From the NCBI GenBank assembly GCA_025812035.1, contig GCA_025812035.1_4719.1: DNA of 64,000 nucleotides; one strand, given 5' to 3'. The stretch comes from a phage. Below the pieces are notes generated by a model, which was not told the origin of the DNA, did no database searches, and saw nothing but the letters and a program-made list of their open reading frames with translations. Shown in pieces: positions 57,274 through 64,000 of the stretch (the first letter of the stretch is position 1; each line of letters begins with the position of its first letter). A program made the position numbers and the translations under genes.

Positions 57274-58116
57274 ATGGGTGCTATTGACTACAGTGTAGAT
57301 CGTATCTGTCGTACAATACCGGCAGATATCCTACAGTATTGCTATATCGATCGTTACGACTGGCGTAACCGATATCCACGTTCCGTCGAAGACATCATTA
57401 CCGATTGGGTAATTCGTAAACGGGTTATCGGCGACATTGATATCTACGGGGGACTACAAACCGTTGTTCCCCTTGATGATGCAGGTGTTACTATCGAAGA
57501 AGTCACCATTAACTGTTATGTTTTCCATATTCCATTGGAAGCCACACAGGGACGTTATATCACGTCCGCATTATCCATTATTTCAGGGAGTGTGAACAAC
57601 TACGGTATAAACTATAACGGTCAATGGGGCGCTTTCAACCAAACCCAGTTCCAACGACAGCTTTGCGGATGGAACCCTGCAAGCAACACATTACAGCAAG
57701 GGATGAACGCATTCGGTCCCATGAACGTTCTTAGTACAGCGAACGTTGATATCATCGCTCCTAACACCATCATGGTGAACAACGTCACGCCTGTGCAGTT
57801 TCCACTGAGTCTACGTTGTTTCCTTGCCCACGATCCGGAACTCACCAACCTCAGCATGGAGGTTTGGAACGACTTCTACAAACTCTGTTTATATGCCACA
57901 CAAAGTGACATTTACAACAGAACCGTTATCCGTCTTGATAGAGGTGTTACCGCACAAGGACAAGAAGTCGGTGCATTCAAGGAATACATCGACCGCTTTG
58001 CTGACGCTGAAAACACGTATCAAGAATTCCTGAACGAAACGTGGGCAGGTGTTGCCGCATGGAACGATCCACAAACTAAACGTCGCGCTATTCGTTTGCA
58101 AACCGGTTACTTCTGA
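57274..58116 (+). CDS. hypothetical protein (280 aa, plus-strand island)
   Basis: ATG preceded by AAAGGGGTGA; hairpin downstream. Confidence 0.5.
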   Translation: MGAIDYSVDRICRTIPADILQYCYIDRYDWRNRYPRSVEDIITDWVIRKRVIGDIDIYGGLQTVVPLDDAGVTIEEVTINCYVFHIPLEATQGRYITSALSIISGSVNNYGINYNGQWGAFNQTQFQRQLCGWNPASNTLQQGMNAFGPMNVLSTANVDIIAPNTIMVNNVTPVQFPLSLRCFLAHDPELTNLSMEVWNDFYKLCLYATQSDIYNRTVIRLDRGVTAQGQEVGAFKEYIDRFADAENTYQEFLNETWAGVAAWNDPQTKRRAIRLQTGYF

Positions 58117-58643
58117 TTAGCTACCGCTTCCTCCCTCGGTGTTTTCGAGGGAGGTATTTGCCGTTTGAATACTTTCAGCATGTTCGCAAATTTAGCCGCG
58201 ATGACACAGGCCGAAGCCGATAGTTTATTGCTGAAGATAAGATCGTCCGGCAAACAATCGAAATGAATACCGTATTCGGTCTTTGTCTCTTCAACAATCA
58301 ACGACAACGCTGGTCTTGTCTTCTTAATGTCGGTGGTATACAAACGTAAGAACGTTTCACCGTCTTCGCTATCCGTTAAACGATAAGCGTTTCCAGAAAA
58401 CTCAACGTGTGGTGTAACGATATATTGAACACGATCGTCGGCAGGATGGATATTTAACCAACGTGTCATATCGCTGCTACTCACATTTTGCATATTTACT
58501 ACGGTAAAAGCAAATAGCGTATCGTTTTGTTTGGAATAATGCAACACATATGCCGCATCTTTCTTTCCGTGAATCCCTTCAATATACTCTATTAACGTAT
58601 AGCCTGATTTATATAGCTTTACTTGCGGTTTCTCGTTCATCAT
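58107..58643 (-). CDS. hypothetical protein (start at ATGATG overlapping upstream stop)
   Basis: ATGA overlap with 58640..58939. Confidence 0.5.
   Translation of the reverse strand: MMNEKPQVKLYKSGYTLIEYIEGIHGKKDAAYVLHYSKQNDTLFAFTVVNMQNVSSSDMTRWLNIHPADDRVQYIVTPHVEFSGNAYRLTDSEDGETFLRLYTTDIKKTRPALSLIVEETKTEYGIHFDCLPDDLIFSNKLSASACVIAAKFANMLKVFKRQIPPSKTPREEAVANQK
58130..58163 (+). terminator. GC hairpin followed by TATTTGCCG after plus-strand gene
   Basis: stem CCTCCCTCG/CGAGGGAGG. Confidence 0.5.
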
Positions 58644-58939
58644 AACAACCCTTCCCGTTTCATCGCAGCACGCATACTTGCGTAAAGCGCATTCTTCATT
58701 GCACCTGGACGCAACGGATAACAAATCTCATATCGACGTCCTTGTTTCACAGCAATTTTCCTTCCATTCAAAAACAGCGTGCCATTATCCAGCAGCAACT
58801 CACCTTGTAGTACCATGAGTCCTGCTTTAACGTGACGTCCTTCTTCTTTAGTTAAGACCTTATAACCGTGTTTATCCAGTAACCACAATTCGTAGATACC
58901 GTGCGCAGCCTTCGGCATTACTTTCTTCTTCGTCGTCAT
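58640..58939 (-). CDS. hypothetical protein (99 aa)
   Basis: complete ORF. Confidence 0.45.
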   Translation of the reverse strand: MTTKKKVMPKAAHGIYELWLLDKHGYKVLTKEEGRHVKAGLMVLQGELLLDNGTLFLNGRKIAVKQGRRYEICYPLRPGAMKNALYASMRAAMKREGLL

Positions 58940-58951
58940 GGAAGATCCTCC

Positions 58952-59326
58952 TTAAACCCCTTGTCGGACCATCACCAACCGGAGCATGTTGTATTCCAAT
59001 GTAGCGCTTTCTAATTCGAATTCATATCGATACCAGAAATTCGGTTCTAATTGACCTACAACACATTTACGAACTTCGGTCTGCACCTTCCTTGACAATC
59101 CCTGTAATAGTTGCGTTATCTCCGGCTTGAAGTAATACGCCAAACCTAACTGGTCAGAATAAAACAGGCCACAATCAAAGATGGCCTGTAAAATAACATA
59201 TTCAACCATCAGGTGTCGCGCGTCAGGTTCAGGAAACGGCGAACGTAAAGCGAGGTCTAACACATCGACGATTGGGCCGACATAAACGGCGGCACGGTAC
59301 TCACGAATAACACTGATGTTATCCAT
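58952..59326 (-). CDS. hypothetical protein (124 aa)
   Basis: complete ORF. Confidence 0.45.
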   Translation of the reverse strand: MDNISVIREYRAAVYVGPIVDVLDLALRSPFPEPDARHLMVEYVILQAIFDCGLFYSDQLGLAYYFKPEITQLLQGLSRKVQTEVRKCVVGQLEPNFWYRYEFELESATLEYNMLRLVMVRQGV

Positions 59327-59339
59327 GGTAGCCTATTCG

Positions 59340-60164
59340 TTAACTGTCGCTTTCCGACGTATCGATGTAGTTGAAAATACGATCCCGTAAACACTCGTAA
59401 CGAGGCAACGCGCTAAGAATGATCATCTTCAGCTGCATCGCGATCGATGTACGTTCTTCGTCCGATGCGTCGTCTCCCCATTTACCCGGCATAACCTGAA
59501 TGGGTTCGTTCGGATCATGCGGAAATATAAAACTTAACAACAGATAATCCGTGCGGAACTCCCACACTTCCCGACCGTCGTTATCGGTTTCTTTACGCAA
59601 TGTGAAGAGTTGACGTTCGGTGGTTGGATCCAACATCAATGGTCGACCACGGACGATCTCCAGTTTACGCGGACTGACGAACGTTGTACGTTCCGGAAGG
59701 TACTTTTCAACATCGTCTGTATCCAGCAAGAACAAAATGATATCGTCGAAATACTTCGGTGCGTACGTGTGTATCGGTTCACCGTCGGTATACGAAGAGA
59801 TCTCTTGAAGTATCGGCGTCTTATACGAGAAGTTCTGGCACGAACCACGAGTGATCGGTAAGGTGTTCCACTGATGCTCTGTAGACAATTCAACAGGCAC
59901 CAACGGATAGTCATCAATGAACACCACACACGTTGTGCTGACGGGTATTCTTCCATCGTTGCCTGGTTCAAAAACCAAACGTATCTTACCGGTAATTAAC
60001 GCCATCTCATCCGGCATTAAATGGCTTGCTGAACGGGCGAGTCTGAAACCGCTCGCCTGTTTATAAGGTTCGGGTTTATATCCACGTACGATAAGAGAGA
60101 TATCCGCAAGTTCAACGCTCACGAATGCGTTTTCGGTATCTTCATTGTTCGTCGTTAACGTCAT
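59340..60164 (-). CDS. hypothetical protein (274 aa)
   Basis: complete ORF. Confidence 0.5.
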   Translation of the reverse strand: MTLTTNNEDTENAFVSVELADISLIVRGYKPEPYKQASGFRLARSASHLMPDEMALITGKIRLVFEPGNDGRIPVSTTCVVFIDDYPLVPVELSTEHQWNTLPITRGSCQNFSYKTPILQEISSYTDGEPIHTYAPKYFDDIILFLLDTDDVEKYLPERTTFVSPRKLEIVRGRPLMLDPTTERQLFTLRKETDNDGREVWEFRTDYLLLSFIFPHDPNEPIQVMPGKWGDDASDEERTSIAMQLKMIILSALPRYECLRDRIFNYIDTSESDS

Positions 60165-61179
60165 TGTTCATTTTCTCCGTTACAACAAATCGTTCAAGTT
60201 CACGTAATAAACGCTCTTTTAACGCAGGATCAACTTCCGGAGCATGTTTATCACGATACCATTCTGTCCCGTTGTATTGCAGGCTAACATGCCATGTTCC
60301 TAACGGGCTTTCCTCTGCAGCAGCGATGAAATTCTTAACACCGGTTTTGGTAGGATACTCCATGATAGGAACAGCCTGCTTCAGATCCATTACAGTAAGA
60401 TCCTGGAAGTTATAATCCAGGAGCGTTAACGCACGATTCTTGCGTAACAGTAACCCGCAATCCAAGATAGTGAAATCGATACCCCAGAAACGTAACTTGC
60501 CTCCAACCCCAACAGGAGTATGGCCACGATAAACCGCAAGATAAATTTCACCTTTATCGGTTTCTTTGTTGTATCCGGCAATGAAAGCCGCTGTGATTAA
60601 TGGTTGGTGTCCTTTTGCTAAGAAGACGGGGTGGTTTTGATACAACCAGTCACTACGAATCAGATCGGTAACCTGACCTAAACGTGCGGTTGGTACCATC
60701 GTTGATCCTAAAGTCTCATCAACAGGAATCTGATAATACTCGAACAGAACACCGTCGACTTCTTCGGTAGCGTAAGGGGTACGTGCGGGATCGTTAAGCA
60801 GCTTACGGAGTTTTGTGTCGATTTCATTAACGCGATTATCATGTTCTTTCTCACGGCTACCGATCACAAAAGCAACAAGATTGCGTACGCTAACAAAAAC
60901 ATCATCTTTTTCCGTGTCACTGAGATCAGCTTCATCAGGCATTGTTGTCCAATGTAGTGGTCCTTCAACAACCTTAAGCCATTTATCTTCGCGTTCAGGA
61001 TAAACAAAAGGCTTATGCACAGGAACACTGGTGTGCTGAACACGTAATAACAGATTGCATAACGACGGTAATGTTTTCTCTAAAGGTGGGACAATACCTG
61101 ATGTAACGGAAATAACGTAGCGATTAAGAACAAGAGAAGCTGAATAGGTAATGTTATCTAATCCTGGTAATTGATCCAT
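60142..61179 (-). CDS. hypothetical protein (345 aa)
   Basis: complete ORF; AAGGA RBS; 300-nt AT-rich leader upstream. Confidence 0.5.
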   Translation of the reverse strand: MDQLPGLDNITYSASLVLNRYVISVTSGIVPPLEKTLPSLCNLLLRVQHTSVPVHKPFVYPEREDKWLKVVEGPLHWTTMPDEADLSDTEKDDVFVSVRNLVAFVIGSREKEHDNRVNEIDTKLRKLLNDPARTPYATEEVDGVLFEYYQIPVDETLGSTMVPTARLGQVTDLIRSDWLYQNHPVFLAKGHQPLITAAFIAGYNKETDKGEIYLAVYRGHTPVGVGGKLRFWGIDFTILDCGLLLRKNRALTLLDYNFQDLTVMDLKQAVPIMEYPTKTGVKNFIAAAEESPLGTWHVSLQYNGTEWYRDKHAPEVDPALKERLLRELERFVVTEKMNNDVNDEQ

Positions 61180-61433
61180 GATAGAAATCCTTAGTATGTT
61201 TGATATGTTGTTTAATTGACATATTAAGTTTAAAAGAGGTTATGTTTTACGTATGGTTAATAAAGTATTCTTATCTCTATTAAGTTACGTTCTATCTAAA
61301 GATAGTAAACTGATATAATGCTCCCCACCGCCCCATTCTCCCAAGTAATACTGGCCTACCGGCCCTCTCCTTTTTAAGGGAGAGAGTAAGCATTCAGTAT
61401 TGCTCAAATGAATAAGCAAAACAGTATAAACTT

Positions 61434-61456
61434 ACCGTCTTGAGATTTCAAGACGG
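61434..61456 (-). terminator. hairpin followed by U-rich tract
   Basis: stem CCGTCTTG/CAAGACGG. Confidence 0.45.
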
Positions 61457-61481
61457 CGTAGTAACTATTTGTCTCTTTAGG

Positions 61482-61820
61482 CTAACAACCTATTTCTGCG
61501 TAAACCTTCAACGATTCGAATACATCTTCCTTCTTTATCATCGTCTTGTATAAACGTGATTGAGCAATGATCTTTATCCATTGTTGAGGATCGTGTAAGT
61601 TCACATTTTCAAAACAAGGTGAGGTATTAGCTCCATCGAGTCGGATATACCCTAAGAGCAATCCATCATGATGACCTCGACGGATTTCGATGTGTGGTTT
61701 GAAGAAGATACGATTGTCTGGTGGATACCAGCTTACAGTGTAGTAATGGTTTCCTGAAACAACGGTTTCATGAACGGTTTTTGTTTCGCCGTCAATAGCC
61801 GCGTTTACGCCGGGAATCAT
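61482..61820 (-). CDS. hypothetical protein (start at ATG 61818..61820)
   Basis: start overlaps stop of upstream gene; terminator hairpin 61434..61456 downstream. Confidence 0.45.
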   Translation of the reverse strand: MIPGVNAAIDGETKTVHETVVSGNHYYTVSWYPPDNRIFFKPHIEIRRGHHDGLLLGYIRLDGANTSPCFENVNLHDPQQWIKIIAQSRLYKTMIKKEDVFESLKVYAEIGC

Positions 61821-62419
61821 TAATTTTTGAAGCATGGGACATAAACCTCCATCAACATCGCATAAAGCGCACCGAGCCCATGCAGGACTCGGTCGGGGGC
61901 GAAGGTTGGCGTGTAACACACTTGTTCGGTTGGTGCTTGTTGACGAAAATCTAACGGATCTCCATTGATAAGCATCTGTAGAAGATCAACATCATCTTGC
62001 AGCGTATCTTCATCGATGTATGCATCAACACAAAGCAGTCGGTGTAGCTGCTCTGGTTTAATTGAAATACCCACAACCATGCAGTTGTTGTAGGTGGCGT
62101 TGTCCAGAAAGAAGTGAATGACGCCTGCTTGAGGATCGCCGCCGTAGTGTAGCCAACGCGTAAAGCCAGCTGACATCATCCACAACGGATTGTGTTGCAG
62201 TGCACTGACGACGCGGGTCTCGAATTCCAAACCAAACTTCTGGAAGATCGCACCCATCTGGAAACGATCTTCATCGAGACGGTAACGGAATATACAGGCA
62301 TCGGATCCTGTTGAGTTGTCGTACACCGAAAGAAACCCGCGATGGATTTCCACGGTAACATTGTTGTCGTCAAGCGTGGCACTTGCAGTGCCGTTAGAAA
62401 AGGTTGGAACAAAGCTCAT
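61820..62419 (-). CDS. hypothetical protein (199 aa)
   Basis: complete ORF. Confidence 0.5.
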   Translation of the reverse strand: MSFVPTFSNGTASATLDDNNVTVEIHRGFLSVYDNSTGSDACIFRYRLDEDRFQMGAIFQKFGLEFETRVVSALQHNPLWMMSAGFTRWLHYGGDPQAGVIHFFLDNATYNNCMVVGISIKPEQLHRLLCVDAYIDEDTLQDDVDLLQMLINGDPLDFRQQAPTEQVCYTPTFAPDRVLHGLGALYAMLMEVYVPCFKN

Positions 62420-62967
62420 CTTGTAATCCTTAATTTACCTGAATGAATTATCGTTGATGGGTCCACGATGCGACCGTATTTCGCGCTACGTAATACACGA
62501 TGCCCAAAGAAGTCAGCGGTTTCCAAAACAACCGTATAACAACCGAGTTGATGTTGGTGTCCCCAAAACCGTTCAATGGGAATCCAGCAGGGCGTCATGC
62601 CCTTGTGTCGCCAATCCGTAACGCAACCGAATTCAGCAAACTGTTCAGTAAACCACTCATCAATATCGGTATCCGTAAAGAGAAACACGTGGTCTTTAAC
62701 CAGATAAGCAAACCCCGGATAAAAAAGCTGAGGGTCATCCGGGTCACGAAGATAAACACGAAGTTTATCTAGCGTACCCTCGATAACGATTGTATCGGGT
62801 AATCCTGGTGGTGTGAACCGAAGTTGGAAGTTATCCTCGTTTGCCGAGGCGTTAACCAAATACCCCAATTGAAGGGGTCGATGCAATTCGAAAAGGTTGA
62901 ACGTTAATGCATATTCGATATACTCTAATCCTATATTCATGTCTGACCTATGTGGTATGGATGACAA
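62416..62967 (-). CDS. hypothetical protein (183 aa)
   Basis: complete ORF. Confidence 0.5.
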   Translation of the reverse strand: MSSIPHRSDMNIGLEYIEYALTFNLFELHRPLQLGYLVNASANEDNFQLRFTPPGLPDTIVIEGTLDKLRVYLRDPDDPQLFYPGFAYLVKDHVFLFTDTDIDEWFTEQFAEFGCVTDWRHKGMTPCWIPIERFWGHQHQLGCYTVVLETADFFGHRVLRSAKYGRIVDPSTIIHSGKLRITR

Positions 62968-63078
62968 CGCTTTGCCTTCCGCGAGTGTAATCAGGAAGGT
63001 AATGTAGGTTTATTTTAATCTCCATTTCGCGATGATATGACAGTCTTTATTACGTTTACCATCTGAGGGAGCATGCTC

Positions 63079-64000
63079 ATGTCTTCTATTTTACAGGTGT
63101 TTAATGCGCATGCGGAAGGCATTGACATCGACGAGTATTTTGTTAATCAGGTTATCCGTTACGCGACGCGCTTCCGTACGCAAGACCAAGAACACATGCG
63201 TTTTTTCGGTGGGGTTCTGTTAGGCGTGCAAAAAATCCGGTTCACAACAAAACATAACGATATGTGGTTTTCCGACGTCTTGATGATGGATGAAGAAAGC
63301 TTACGACGCGATTTGAGTAAACTGCCCTTTTACAATACGCAGACCAACCGCGTTGCATCGAATGCGTTTAATCTAAGTTGCTGTTGGTTGCTCTATGCGA
63401 TTTTCCATAGCAAACGAATCAAAAAAGAAAAGGTTCGTGAAGCCGGGATGCTTGCAGCAATGCAAGTCCTTCATTATAAATTCATTTGTGGTTTGGTAGC
63501 ACGACGTTACCCTTATAACGCCGATCCGGCTATTGCCATTAAGGCGTACGATGAGTTGACACTCAAATCGGGTATCAAACGCATGAATAGCTGGAACGAG
63601 TACATCGATGAGCGCTGTAATGCCATCATCGCGCGTAATAGTACACATTTCAGTCGCTGGTCAACCCTGGAACCTGACAGTGTCGCCGAACGATTCGTGC
63701 GTGATGTGAATACCGGAATCCGTAAAGTTATCAACCGTATCACCGATACGTACTACGCGATGTATGAAGAAGGTAAGAAAATCGGCACGTCTTCTCAAAC
63801 CGTAGAGTTGGACGATGGTCTCGCTGTCCGCGATATTAAACGTAACGAAACCACGTATCGTCAATACCTGTTCGAAATCGCTTATGATCGAACAAGTTTC
63901 GTTAAACGCGAACTCATGGTTGTCATCCTCGACGTACATCATACCACCAATCTCCTATCCCTTGAGCGAGCATTAAGCTACATCAGTGCTAACGTAGAAC
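63079..64000 (+). CDS. hypothetical protein, N-terminal 307 codons (gene runs off window end); not in ORF track
   Basis: ATG 63079 preceded by GAGGGAGC; open frame to position 64000; three short antisense track ORFs here are in different frames. Confidence 0.5.
   Translation, partial: MSSILQVFNAHAEGIDIDEYFVNQVIRYATRFRTQDQEHMRFFGGVLLGVQKIRFTTKHNDMWFSDVLMMDEESLRRDLSKLPFYNTQTNRVASNAFNLSCCWLLYAIFHSKRIKKEKVREAGMLAAMQVLHYKFICGLVARRYPYNADPAIAIKAYDELTLKSGIKRMNSWNEYIDERCNAIIARNSTHFSRWSTLEPDSVAERFVRDVNTGIRKVINRITDTYYAMYEEGKKIGTSSQTVELDDGLAVRDIKRNETTYRQYLFEIAYDRTSFVKRELMVVILDVHHTTNLLSLERALSYISANVE

Noticed and set aside
63373-63942. Three minus-strand track ORFs (63373..63648, 63513..63743, 63661..63942)
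   Set aside because: They are in three different frames and all lie antisense to one uninterrupted plus-strand frame running from ATG 63079 to the window end.
1-64000. tRNA genes, rRNA genes, CRISPR arrays, integrase or attachment sites
   Set aside because: No T-loop-like GGTTCGA(A/G)TCC cores, no arrays of regularly spaced direct repeats, and no recombinase-like ORF were seen on reading the sequence; this was not a systematic search.

Overview
This 64 kb window reads as a densely packed segment of a large (jumbo) tailed-phage genome of the nucleus-forming, phiKZ-like type, coded almost entirely on the minus strand with a few plus-strand islands. Supporting evidence from the translated ORFs: a PhuZ-type phage tubulin (56229..57209), fragments of a split multisubunit RNA polymerase (beta C-terminal part 28933..31101, beta' C-terminal part 24853..26859, beta' N-terminal part 46284..42959), thymidylate synthase, an SNF2-family and an SF2 helicase, a DnaQ-like exonuclease, an Mre11/SbcD-like nuclease, metallophosphoesterases, an HD hydrolase, and about 60 ORFs of unknown function. 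The most notable observation is that the beta' N-terminal gene is interrupted inside the catalytic NADFDGD loop: a 1.44 kb group I intron carrying an HNH homing endonuclease, then a 13-nt micro-exon that supplies the DGD codons, then a second ORF-less intron of about 390 nt. The SF2 helicase carries an in-frame intein inside its P-loop, with an Ala1 start and Trp/Cys/Thr positions that resemble class 3 inteins. Gene ends are marked by GC-rich hairpins followed by a conserved TTTATG(C) tail, and a conserved 24-bp promoter-like motif precedes four minus-strand genes. No rRNA, tRNA or CRISPR array was recognised. All functional calls come from motif reading by eye, without database searches, so they are hypotheses to be confirmed.
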